Shown one piece after another: positions 53,414 to 62,212 of a stretch of DNA of 63,036 bases. Location of the stretch: positions 1 to 63,036 of the IMG/VR virus record IMGVR_UViG_3300037504_000923; one strand, written 5' to 3'. The DNA comes from a virus. A program made the position numbers and the translations under genes. The number at the start of each line of letters is the position of its first letter. Position 1 is the stretch's first letter. The notes under the pieces were generated by a model. That model was given only the letters and a program-made list of their open reading frames with translations, ran no database searches and was not told the DNA's origin.

Positions 53414-54313
53414 ATGAAAAAAGGTAAAAAAGTAGAATTGTTTTTGGATTCTGGAGCATTTTCCGCTTGGTCACAAGATAAAGAAATACAAATCCAAGAT
53501 TATATTCAATTCATAAAAGATAATGAAAATGTAATTGATGTATATGCAAATTTAGATGTCATTGGAGATGCAAAAGGAACTTATAATAACCAAAGAATAA
53601 TGGAAAAGGCTGGATTGAATCCACTACCTGTTTTTCATTATGGAGAAGATATAAAATGGTTGAAGAAATATTTATCTTATCCTTATATTACACTTGGAGG
53701 AATGGTTCCTATTTCAAATAATGCTTTAATTGCTTGGTTAGATAATTTATTTGAGAATTATTTGACGGATGATAAAGGAATTCCGATTTGCAAAATACAT
53801 GGGTTTGGTCTGACTTCATTAAAACTTATGCTTCGTTATCCATGGTATTCAGTAGATTCTACATCATGGGTTGTGACCGGTAGAATGGGATCCATCTATG
53901 TTCCTCGTAGAAAAGGAGGGGAGTGGGTTTATAATGAAAATAGTTGGAAGATAGCTGTTTCCAACCGGTCACCTGACAAAAAAGAAGCAGGTAAACATAT
54001 AGATACGATGTCTCCTGCTGAGAAACAGGTTTTTCTTGACTATATCCATGAAAAAGGATACAAGCTGGGAAAATCAGAATATAAAGAAGTCAAACCGGGA
54101 TATAAATTGAAAGATAATGAAAGATGGTTGGATAAAAAACCAAAAAACAAAACTACTAATCGCAAAGTAGAAGTGATTGTTGAGGATGGAGTTTCTAATC
54201 GTTATCAACTTAGGGATGAAATGAATATTATTTATTTTCTTGATCTCGAAAAGAGAATGCCTAAGTGGCCGTGGCCTTTTAAGACAAAAACCAAACAGAA
54301 AGGACTTTTTTAA
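53414..54313 (+). CDS. dpdA: DpdA-like DNA (7-deazaguanine) transglycosylase, TGT superfamily
   Basis: FLDSGAFS (compare TGT DSGGFQ), ANLDVIGD, LGGMVP, IHGFGLTS and SVDSTSW, adjacent to folE-queDEC. Confidence 0.7.
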   Translation: MKKGKKVELFLDSGAFSAWSQDKEIQIQDYIQFIKDNENVIDVYANLDVIGDAKGTYNNQRIMEKAGLNPLPVFHYGEDIKWLKKYLSYPYITLGGMVPISNNALIAWLDNLFENYLTDDKGIPICKIHGFGLTSLKLMLRYPWYSVDSTSWVVTGRMGSIYVPRRKGGEWVYNENSWKIAVSNRSPDKKEAGKHIDTMSPAEKQVFLDYIHEKGYKLGKSEYKEVKPGYKLKDNERWLDKKPKNKTTNRKVEVIVEDGVSNRYQLRDEMNIIYFLDLEKRMPKWPWPFKTKTKQKGLF

Positions 54314-54885
54314 TGAAATGGAATGATGATTTTGTTAAAGCCCGTAGAAAAAGAATAGAAGACGCCTCTATAATTAATAATTATTTACAAAGTAATTATT
54401 ATTTGCGTCCAATACATTCAACCCACGAAATAATGTCTATACAAGAAAAAAAGAATAACAATAACATTAAAAATAGATTATTGACTGGGTCCGATGGGAA
54501 AATGGGACTATTTTATACTATCGTTAAAAATGATAAAGAACCGGGTAATTTGATAATTTTTGGATATAAAGAAGGAGGATCATTTTATATTAAAAATAGT
54601 GGTGATTATAAAGATGATTTTAATGGATTTTTAAAACTATTAGCAAATCATAATACCCATGTGATTATTGTAGATTCAAATAAACGATCTCATAAATTTT
54701 CTGAACTAATACCAATCGAAGTATTTATACGTCATTGGAATCCTTCTATTAGTACAAGTAAAAGCAATAAAAATAGAATAAATTTTCACGGTTCTATGAA
54801 AAAAATCACTTGTAAATTTCCAATAGATGAAAATATATATGGTGATTCATTGATAAAACAATTACAAAATTTAGCCGAATTATGA
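54313..54885 (+). CDS. Hypothetical protein
   Basis: 190-aa AT-rich ORF between dpdA and mini-ORF 4. Confidence 0.5.
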   Translation: MKWNDDFVKARRKRIEDASIINNYLQSNYYLRPIHSTHEIMSIQEKKNNNNIKNRLLTGSDGKMGLFYTIVKNDKEPGNLIIFGYKEGGSFYIKNSGDYKDDFNGFLKLLANHNTHVIIVDSNKRSHKFSELIPIEVFIRHWNPSISTSKSNKNRINFHGSMKKITCKFPIDENIYGDSLIKQLQNLAEL

Positions 54886-55067
54886 GAATATACTTTGCTA
54901 CATGGTTATTTGACAAGACACTCGGGGAAAGTCTGACTAAAAAACAGGCCTTTTCACGTCTTTTAAGTTTTCATTTTATAAGAGAACAAGGTCTGCAGAA
55001 TAATCATCTACGAAAATACTGCAGAACTGGTAAATTTAATCCTTCACTTTTAAAGGTAAAGAAATGA
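54882..55067 (+). CDS. Mini-ORF family member 4 (61 aa)
   Basis: MRIYFATWLFDKTLGESLTKKQAFSRLLSFHF... Confidence 0.35.
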   Translation: MRIYFATWLFDKTLGESLTKKQAFSRLLSFHFIREQGLQNNHLRKYCRTGKFNPSLLKVKK

Positions 55068-55288
55068 AAATTTATTTAGCAGGAGGAATGACTATAATAA
55101 ATGTTAAAGGCCGAGAGAGAGAGATCAGTCAAAAACACATGATTTGGAGAAGATTATTTTCTTATCATTATAAAGAATTAATATATAAATCCGAAATATT
55201 ACAACTAAGTTATGAAAGTAAACAAAAACGAATTACAAACGGCACTGGAAAAAGTACGTCCGGGATTAAGTACAAAGGAAATACTTGA
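55064..55288 (+). CDS. Mini-ORF family member 5 (74 aa; 3' end overlaps the clamp gene)
   Basis: MKIYLAGGMTIINVKGREREISQKHMIWRRLFSYHY... Confidence 0.35.
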   Translation: MKIYLAGGMTIINVKGREREISQKHMIWRRLFSYHYKELIYKSEILQLSYESKQKRITNGTGKSTSGIKYKGNT

Positions 55289-56231
55289 CCAATCCACTTC
55301 ATTTGCATTTATTGGTGGTAAGGTCATTACATTTAATGACAAAATAAGTATTTCACACCCTGTCGAGGGACTTGACCTCGAAGGAGCAATCAAAGCGGAG
55401 GAACTGTATAAAATCCTCTCTAAACTTAAATCCGAGGAAATAAAACTTCGTATATCAGATGGGAAAATACTGATGAGAAGTGGTAAAACAAAGGTAGAAT
55501 TAGTATTAGAAAATAAAATACTTCTACCATTGAATGAAATATCGGAAACAGAGGATTGGGAGGAGTTACCTGAAGATTTCACTGATGCTTTGACTTTCAC
55601 GATGGGATGTTGCACGCGGGATATGTCGAAACCAAAACTCACCTGCGTACACATCAACGCCGATGGATTTATGGAGGGTTCAGATGGTTTCAGAATCGGT
55701 CAATATATGTTTGACGATGGTTTTGATTTTGATACTTTCTTAATTCAAGCCGATTCAGTGAGAGAGGTAGTGAAAATAAAACCTACCGAAATCTCATTAT
55801 CTGAAGGATGGGTGCATTTTCGTAATGAAGAAGGAACCATTATATCAGCCCGTACATTTGCTGATGAAGAATACCCTGATACCACAAATGTATTAGAGGT
55901 AAGGGGGGAAGATATGAAACTACCGGATGATATAATTGATATACTGGACAGGGCTTCCGTATTTGCAAAGAGAGATCATATATTGGATGAATCAGTATCT
56001 GTAATATTTGAAGAAAATAAGGTGACTTTAAAAGCGAAGTCAGAAACTGGCTCACAATTTGAGGAATGGGCTAAAACGGAAAATAAATCAGAAGGAAACT
56101 TTCAAATCACTCCTTATCTATTACGGGATATACTTTCCCGTACATTAGATTTCACCATGTCTCCACAGATGCTGAAATTTGAAGCGAGTTCATGGATTTA
56201 TGTAACTGCATTAAAGGAAGATAATGAATAA
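55212..56231 (+). CDS. DNA polymerase sliding clamp (DnaN/beta-like)
   Basis: 339 aa. NELQTALEKVRPGLSTKEILDQSTSFAFIGGKVITFNDKISI follows the beta-clamp N-terminal pattern, next to the polymerase genes. Confidence 0.6.
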   Translation: MKVNKNELQTALEKVRPGLSTKEILDQSTSFAFIGGKVITFNDKISISHPVEGLDLEGAIKAEELYKILSKLKSEEIKLRISDGKILMRSGKTKVELVLENKILLPLNEISETEDWEELPEDFTDALTFTMGCCTRDMSKPKLTCVHINADGFMEGSDGFRIGQYMFDDGFDFDTFLIQADSVREVVKIKPTEISLSEGWVHFRNEEGTIISARTFADEEYPDTTNVLEVRGEDMKLPDDIIDILDRASVFAKRDHILDESVSVIFEENKVTLKAKSETGSQFEEWAKTENKSEGNFQITPYLLRDILSRTLDFTMSPQMLKFEASSWIYVTALKEDNE

Positions 56232-57441
56232 AGGATTTTTTTCACAAAAAGAAACCCAGTCGACAAAGATAAAAGGAAAAAGCCTTTCTTGTGCCTCGTG
56301 TGGTCTTTTTCGCAATGCCCTGACTCCAAAAATGAAACCGTATGGTAACTTCTCAAAACAAATATTGAACATTGGAGAGGCTCCGGGAGAAAGAGAAGAT
56401 GAAAAAGGAAGACAATGGCAGGGCAAAGTAGGTAGGCTTTTGAAAAAAACATATCGTCGATTGGAAGTAGATTTATTTGAAGATTGTCTGAATGTGAATT
56501 CCGTCAACTGCCGTCCTCCTAAAAATCGAACTCCTAAAAACCATGAAATTGACTGTTGTCGTGAAGTCATTGTTGACAATACCATCTCAGAAAATCAACC
56601 AAAATTAATCATTGCACTGGGAAATGCCGCTTTGTATAGTTTAATTGGACATAGGTGGAAGAAAGATTTTGGAGGTATCACGAAATGGAGGGGGTGGATA
56701 ATACCTGATAAGGAACATGATGCTTGGATTGCTCCTGTATATCATCCCTCTTATATAGAACGCATGGATGATAAAGCATGTAATACGATTTGGGAACAGG
56801 ATTTGAAAAGAGCTTTTGAAACGGTTAATTCATATTTTCCAAAATTTGACAAAAAGAAAATACATTATATAGAAGACCTTTCAATCCTTAATGACATACA
56901 AACCGATTTAGTAGCAATTGATTATGAAACTACCGGCTTGAAACCTTATGGTAAAGGACATAAAATCGTATGTGCTTCCGTTGCTGTGAGTGACTCGGAA
57001 GTATATGCGTTTATGATGCCTGAGTCAAAAAAGCAAAGACAGCCCTTTATTGATCTACTGAAAAATCCTAAAATCTCAAAAATGGCTCATAATATGAAGT
57101 TCGAAGAGATATGGAGTGATGTGATATTGGGTCAACCAGTTATTAATTGGGCTTTTGATTCGATGCTTGCGGCTCATATATTGGACAATCGCCCAGGTAT
57201 AACCGGATTGAAATTTCAAACGTATGTTCAATTTGGAGTTATTGATTATGATTCGGATATTAATAAATATTTGAAAGGTACGAGGGAAGGAGCAAACGCT
57301 TTTAATCGGGTAGAGGAATTGGCAGAAACTGAGAGAGGCAGAAAAAAGTTATTGACATATTGTGCTTTAGATAGTCTCTATGAATACCGTCTTGCAATGA
57401 GACAAATGCAGCAGATGAATTTTGACTTTTTACCATTTTAG
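56224..57441 (+). CDS. Family 4 UDG-like domain fused to a PolA-type 3'-5' exonuclease domain
   Basis: UDG4-like CASCGL...NIGEAPGEREDEKGRQWQGKVGRLL. Exo I VAIDYETTGL, Exo II HNMKFE, Exo III YCALDSLYEY. Confidence 0.7.
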   Translation: MNKGFFSQKETQSTKIKGKSLSCASCGLFRNALTPKMKPYGNFSKQILNIGEAPGEREDEKGRQWQGKVGRLLKKTYRRLEVDLFEDCLNVNSVNCRPPKNRTPKNHEIDCCREVIVDNTISENQPKLIIALGNAALYSLIGHRWKKDFGGITKWRGWIIPDKEHDAWIAPVYHPSYIERMDDKACNTIWEQDLKRAFETVNSYFPKFDKKKIHYIEDLSILNDIQTDLVAIDYETTGLKPYGKGHKIVCASVAVSDSEVYAFMMPESKKQRQPFIDLLKNPKISKMAHNMKFEEIWSDVILGQPVINWAFDSMLAAHILDNRPGITGLKFQTYVQFGVIDYDSDINKYLKGTREGANAFNRVEELAETERGRKKLLTYCALDSLYEYRLAMRQMQQMNFDFLPF

Positions 57442-57448
57442 TTTAGTT

Positions 57449-58849
57449 ATGAAAATAGATATAAATCCACAGACACAACAGGCCTATCAATTATTCCATG
57501 ATGGTATATTGGCTCTTTCACGTGCTGAAAAGCAAGGTATAAGAGTCGATATGCGTTATTTGAAAAGAAAGCAAAAGCAGCTTACAAATCGGATTGAAAA
57601 GAATGATGAAAAATTCAAAAAGACTGATTTGTATAAGGCTTGGAAAAAGAAATATGGAGCAAATATAAATCTCAATTCTGATCCTCAACTCGGTGAGGTA
57701 TTGTATAATGTATTGAATTATACACCTTACAAAACAACAAAAACAGGACGGGGAAAAGTCGATAAAGAGGCGCTGGAATACTTGGAGATTGAAGCACTGG
57801 ATATACTACTGGAAACTCGGAGACTAAAGAAAATCAGAGATACCTATTTGGCACAACTCGTCAGAGAACAATCAGGCCGGGTCGTACATCCTTTCTTCAA
57901 TCTACATACCGTTTCGACTTTTCGATCTTCCTCAAATGCCCCTAACTTTCAAAACATTCCCAAGCGCGAAAAAGATGCCCGTAAAATGATTCGATCAGCA
58001 CTGTATCCACGTGAAGGCCATCAATTAATGGCAATTGACTTTTCAAAACTTGAAGTCTCCATAGCCGCCTGTTATCATAAAGACCCTACCATGTTGAATT
58101 ATTTGAAAAGTGATTCATCGGACATGCATGGTGATATGACAGAGCAGATATTTATTATGGATGATTTTGACACGTCAATCCCGGAGCATTCTTACCTACG
58201 TTCAGCAATAAAGAATTCATTTGTATTTCCTCAATTCTACGGCGATTATTATAAGAACAATGCCTTGAGTATTGCTAAATGGTTGAAATTACCAAACAAA
58301 GGACGTTGGAAACCCGGCAAAGGCGTAAATATAAATAAGGATCAGACGATTACGGATCACTTACATGAGAAAGGAATAAAGACGTTTGATCATTTTGTGG
58401 ATCATTTAAAAGACATTGAGGATGATTTTTGGAATAACAGATTTCCAGCATATAAGAAATGGAAAGACTTTTGGTATTCTTTGTATCAAAAATATGGTTA
58501 TGTTGATATGCTGACAAAGTTCCGGGTTAAAGGCTATATGAAAAAGAACGAGGTTATAAATTACCCGGTACAAGGATCGGCATTTCATTGTTTGTTATGG
58601 TCTTTCATTGAATTAGACAAGGTGATGAGATTAGAGGATTGGAAAACTCGTTTGATTGGACAAATACATGATGAGGTGGTATTGGACGTACATCCTGATG
58701 AAAAGGATCATGTATTACAGATAGCAAAGAAAATTACGACAGTAGATTTACCAAAAGCATGGGATTGGATTATTGTACCACTTGACATTGATGCTGAAAT
58801 CGCTCCAGTCGACAGGCCTTGGTCGGAGATGGTAGAAATTGAAATTTAA
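57449..58849 (+). CDS. Family A DNA polymerase, polymerase domain
   Basis: RSSSNAPNFQNIPKR, motif A LMAIDFSKLEVSIAA, motif B RSAIKNSFVFPQFYG, motif C QIHDEVVLD. Start taken at the ATG at 57449. Confidence 0.85.
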   Translation: MKIDINPQTQQAYQLFHDGILALSRAEKQGIRVDMRYLKRKQKQLTNRIEKNDEKFKKTDLYKAWKKKYGANINLNSDPQLGEVLYNVLNYTPYKTTKTGRGKVDKEALEYLEIEALDILLETRRLKKIRDTYLAQLVREQSGRVVHPFFNLHTVSTFRSSSNAPNFQNIPKREKDARKMIRSALYPREGHQLMAIDFSKLEVSIAACYHKDPTMLNYLKSDSSDMHGDMTEQIFIMDDFDTSIPEHSYLRSAIKNSFVFPQFYGDYYKNNALSIAKWLKLPNKGRWKPGKGVNINKDQTITDHLHEKGIKTFDHFVDHLKDIEDDFWNNRFPAYKKWKDFWYSLYQKYGYVDMLTKFRVKGYMKKNEVINYPVQGSAFHCLLWSFIELDKVMRLEDWKTRLIGQIHDEVVLDVHPDEKDHVLQIAKKITTVDLPKAWDWIIVPLDIDAEIAPVDRPWSEMVEIEI

Positions 58850-58855
58850 AAATTT

Positions 58856-58866
58856 TTTGTATAATA
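58856..58866 (+). promoter_or_regulatory. Conserved 11-mer TTTGTATAATA, copy 6
   Basis: Exact 11-mer just after the polymerase stop and 18 nt upstream of the ATG at 58885. Confidence 0.5.
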
Positions 58867-58884
58867 ATATAAAAATAAGATATT

Positions 58885-59235
58885 ATGAAAAAGGTTATGG
58901 TGGTGAAGCATATAGCTTCAGAGGAATTAGATCATATTCTGAAAAAAGGAATAAATTTTTCAGAATATCTTCGCAGAGATATGTTTATGGCAGGGGCTCA
59001 GAAAATGAGTGAGGATGAGAAGTTGAAAATTGAAGAAAATAGCAAAAATAATAATCATAATTTTCAACTTAATAATCATAATTTTCAACTTAATATTTTC
59101 TATATGTATGAGAGTGAGGTTAATGAATTAAAAGAGCTTAGTGAAACCCTATCTCACCTTATTAATATGCATTGTAATAATGAATGGTTTTTTCGTGAGA
59201 TGAAAAATAAAATCGACAAAATACTTAAACTATGA
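58885..59235 (+). CDS. Hypothetical protein with 21-bp tandem duplication
   Basis: NNHNFQLNNHNFQL is encoded by aataatcataattttcaactt in two copies (59050-59091). Confidence 0.5.
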   Translation: MKKVMVVKHIASEELDHILKKGINFSEYLRRDMFMAGAQKMSEDEKLKIEENSKNNNHNFQLNNHNFQLNIFYMYESEVNELKELSETLSHLINMHCNNEWFFREMKNKIDKILKL

Positions 59236-59354
59236 AAACAAAGACATTACCATTTGACATATAAAGATGTATAAGAGGGGCATCAATTATATTAGAACAC
59301 AATCAATAAACTTAGTAAAGAAACATTATGTGAAATTTTAAAACATCGTAATAA

Positions 59355-60290
59355 ATGAGTCTATACAAAAAATATCGTCCACAAACATTTGATGAAGTAC
59401 TCGGTAATACCCAATCTATTGCCTCATTAAAAGGCATTGTTGAGGATTATCATAATGAAAAAGAGATTCCCCATTCCTTTCTTTTCACAGGTCCTACAGG
59501 TTGTGGAAAAACTACCCTTGGTAGAATTCTTGCCCGTGAACTCGGTAGTGAGGGAAATGATTATAGGGAGGTTGATTCGGCACAATTTCGTGGAATTGAT
59601 ACGGTCAGAGAAATAAGAAATCAAATGTACTACCGTCCTCAACAAAGTCCTTTACGAGTATTCCTATTAGATGAGTGCCACATGCTCGGTCGAGGAGGAA
59701 ATTCTTCCTCAAATGAAGCTCAGAATGCCTTATTGAAAGCATTAGAGGATACCCCTTCACATGTCATATTCATTCTTTGTACCACTGATCCTCAAAAACT
59801 CCTTGCAACTATAAAAGGTAGATGTAGTCACTTTGAGGTATCACCTCTGAATGACAAAACAATGTCAAGGCTGCTGAAGAAAGTCACTCGAAAAGAGGGG
59901 GAGAATATTGATAAGGAATTGGTAGAACAAATAACGATGGATTCATTAGGACATCCTCGTAATGCACTACAAATATTGGAACAGACTTTGAGGGTGGATG
60001 AAGATCAGAGATTGGAAATTGCTCGAAAAACAGCCGAGCAGAAACATCAATCCATTGAATTATGTAGGGCTTTGATTGATGGCTCACCTTGGAAAAAGGT
60101 AACAAAAATTATTAAAGGTCTTTCTGAGGAAAATCCTGAATCTATCCGTCATCATGTTCTCAGTTACTGTAATTCGATAATTCTTGGAGGTGTGAATAAT
60201 AAAGCCGCGGAGATTATGGAAGAATTTTCTGAACCATTCTATAATCCTTACATGTTGTCACTTGCTTGTTATGCAATAATAAACGGATAA
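59355..60290 (+). CDS. Clamp loader AAA+ ATPase (DnaX/RFC-like)
   Basis: KYRPQTFDEVLGN, Walker A GPTGCGKTT, Walker B FLLDECHML, and SRC-like GRCSHF. Confidence 0.85.
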   Translation: MSLYKKYRPQTFDEVLGNTQSIASLKGIVEDYHNEKEIPHSFLFTGPTGCGKTTLGRILARELGSEGNDYREVDSAQFRGIDTVREIRNQMYYRPQQSPLRVFLLDECHMLGRGGNSSSNEAQNALLKALEDTPSHVIFILCTTDPQKLLATIKGRCSHFEVSPLNDKTMSRLLKKVTRKEGENIDKELVEQITMDSLGHPRNALQILEQTLRVDEDQRLEIARKTAEQKHQSIELCRALIDGSPWKKVTKIIKGLSEENPESIRHHVLSYCNSIILGGVNNKAAEIMEEFSEPFYNPYMLSLACYAIING

Positions 60291-60294
60291 ATAT

Positions 60295-60519
60295 ATGAAA
60301 AGGACTAATTTTGATAAAGAGACCGAAAAAGCGTATAATAAATTACTTACTGATTTACTCTTACAGATGGGTAATGCAAGTGATAAAAGTCCCGGTGAAA
60401 TGATGAAAATACAATTAGCTTTATATGATTTTTTGAAAGGGTTGATTCAAAATGGATATAATGAAGGGTATGAAGATGGCAAAAAAGATGGTATTTATAA
60501 TAATTTATCTAAATCATAA
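60295..60519 (+). CDS. Hypothetical protein
   Basis: 74-aa ORF. Confidence 0.5.
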   Translation: MKRTNFDKETEKAYNKLLTDLLLQMGNASDKSPGEMMKIQLALYDFLKGLIQNGYNEGYEDGKKDGIYNNLSKS

Positions 60520-60524
60520 AAGAT

Positions 60525-61025
60525 ATGGATATTAACTATGAAAGAGATTTACACATTGATGATTCTGCATTGGATGTAGAATGGCTTGAACAAGCTGAAT
60601 TGGTACGGCGTTACGCGAAATATCTTTCTGAAAAGAGAAAAGAAGTTCGTGCATTGGAAGAAGAAAAGAAGACAGTACGATCCGAATTGATTTTACGGGC
60701 AAATAAAAACCCAATGAAGGAGATCGGAAAGGAAAAACCAAATTCAAATGATATTGAAGCATATTACAGAAATCATGATGAGTATAAAGAAATTATTGAA
60801 GAATTGTTAGATGCTCAATATGAATTGGATTATGCTGAATTGGCCTATGAACAAATAAATTGGACAAGAAAAAAAGCATTGGAAAATTTAGTTGAATTAC
60901 ATGGACAAATGTATTTTGCAGGTCCTAAAATACCACGTGATTTAAAGGATGAAAGGGAAAAGAGAGCAAAAAAACGTGAAGAATCAAATGAAAGAGTACA
61001 TAGGAAAATAAAACGTAAACGCTAA
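60525..61025 (+). CDS. UvsY-like recombination mediator candidate
   Basis: Size, helical/charged character, N-terminal LHIDDSALDVEWLEQAELVRRYAKYL, C-terminal ALENLVELHGQMYFAG, and position next to the gp32-like and RecA genes. Confidence 0.4.
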   Translation: MDINYERDLHIDDSALDVEWLEQAELVRRYAKYLSEKRKEVRALEEEKKTVRSELILRANKNPMKEIGKEKPNSNDIEAYYRNHDEYKEIIEELLDAQYELDYAELAYEQINWTRKKALENLVELHGQMYFAGPKIPRDLKDEREKRAKKREESNERVHRKIKRKR

Positions 61026-61037
61026 AAACAAAGTAAA

Positions 61038-62207
61038 ATGGCAAAAAAGAAAGAAAACAGATTCAGAAAAGATCATTTACGCGAAGAGCGTGAAGATAGA
61101 GAAAAGAAAGGATCCAATTTTGGATACTTAACACTTCCCAAAGGTGTTAAACTTTGGAAACCCGGTAAAGGAGAAAGAGTTATTGATATACTCCCTTACA
61201 TTGTCCAAAGTAAAAAGCACATGGATAGAAAGGAATCGAGTGGTAGAGCAGTAGAAGGTAACCCCTGGTATAAACGTCCTTTCAAAATTCACCGGGTAGG
61301 CTTCAAAAAATTCATTTGTCGAGGCACAGAAGGATTGAAATGTCCTATTTGTGAGTACCGTCAAAAATTATTCGATAAAGGGGATGAAGACAGTAAGGAA
61401 GAAGCAAAAAAACTATTCCCTACCGTTCGTAATCTTTACGCCGTTGTGCCTATTGATGATGAAGACTATGAAGCGGAAATACACGTGTGGGATGAGTCGG
61501 ATTACCTTTTCCAACAACAATTCGATGATGATATGGATGAGAAACCTGATTTAGAAGACTTTTACTTCCCAGATGAAGGCGTTTCAGTTGGTATAAAATT
61601 TAAAAGAAAACAGATCGATAAGAAAAACAAAAAGTCTGAGTTCTTTGAAGCAGTGGACTGTTACCCAGTTGATCGTGAAGAACAGTATGATGAGGATATT
61701 GTTGATGAGGTTCCTGATTTGGATGCTATGATTCAAATACCTTCATACGAAGAACTTGAAATGAAATTCTTTGATTTGGAAGATGAGGAACAGACTTCTG
61801 AAAGTGAAAAAGAGGAGGATGATGAAGATGAAGATGATGACAAATCAAAGAAAATCAGCAGAAAATCAAAGTCATTAAAGAGTAGAAAGAAGAAGGAAGA
61901 GGAACCGGATGAAGATGATGATGACAAATCAAAGAAAATCACGAAAAAGAGAAAAATTACCCAATCAAAGAAGAAAGAAGAGGAGTCGGATGATGATGAA
62001 GATGAGGACGGAGATGAAGAGTCAAAGAAAAAACGAACTTCTCGACGCTCATCACGCTCTAAGAAAAAAGAAGAAAAACCGGATGGTGATGATGAACGAT
62101 GTCCTCATGGTCATAAATTTGGTGTGGATACTGATGAATATCCTGAGTGTGAGGACTGTGAAATTTGGGAAGAGTGTGATGAAGAATACACAAAAAATAA
62201 GGGATAG
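61038..62207 (+). CDS. gp32-like ssDNA-binding protein with long acidic/basic repeat tail
   Basis: GERVIDILPY (compare T4 gp32 AVIRFLP), CPICEY zinc motif (compare CPVCQY), RNLYAVVPIDD, and an acidic C-terminus with repeated DDDKSKKI(S/T)(R/K)K units. Confidence 0.55.
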   Translation: MAKKKENRFRKDHLREEREDREKKGSNFGYLTLPKGVKLWKPGKGERVIDILPYIVQSKKHMDRKESSGRAVEGNPWYKRPFKIHRVGFKKFICRGTEGLKCPICEYRQKLFDKGDEDSKEEAKKLFPTVRNLYAVVPIDDEDYEAEIHVWDESDYLFQQQFDDDMDEKPDLEDFYFPDEGVSVGIKFKRKQIDKKNKKSEFFEAVDCYPVDREEQYDEDIVDEVPDLDAMIQIPSYEELEMKFFDLEDEEQTSESEKEEDDEDEDDDKSKKISRKSKSLKSRKKKEEEPDEDDDDKSKKITKKRKITQSKKKEEESDDDEDEDGDEESKKKRTSRRSSRSKKKEEKPDGDDERCPHGHKFGVDTDEYPECEDCEIWEECDEEYTKNKG

Positions 62208-62212
62208 AATCA

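Noticed and set aside
55580-55640. cactgatgc…gtcgaaacc inside the sliding clamp gene, as a hammerhead-like match.
   Set aside because: CUGAUGC breaks the invariant A9. The intervening segment does not form a closed stem II, and it lies within a well-supported coding region.
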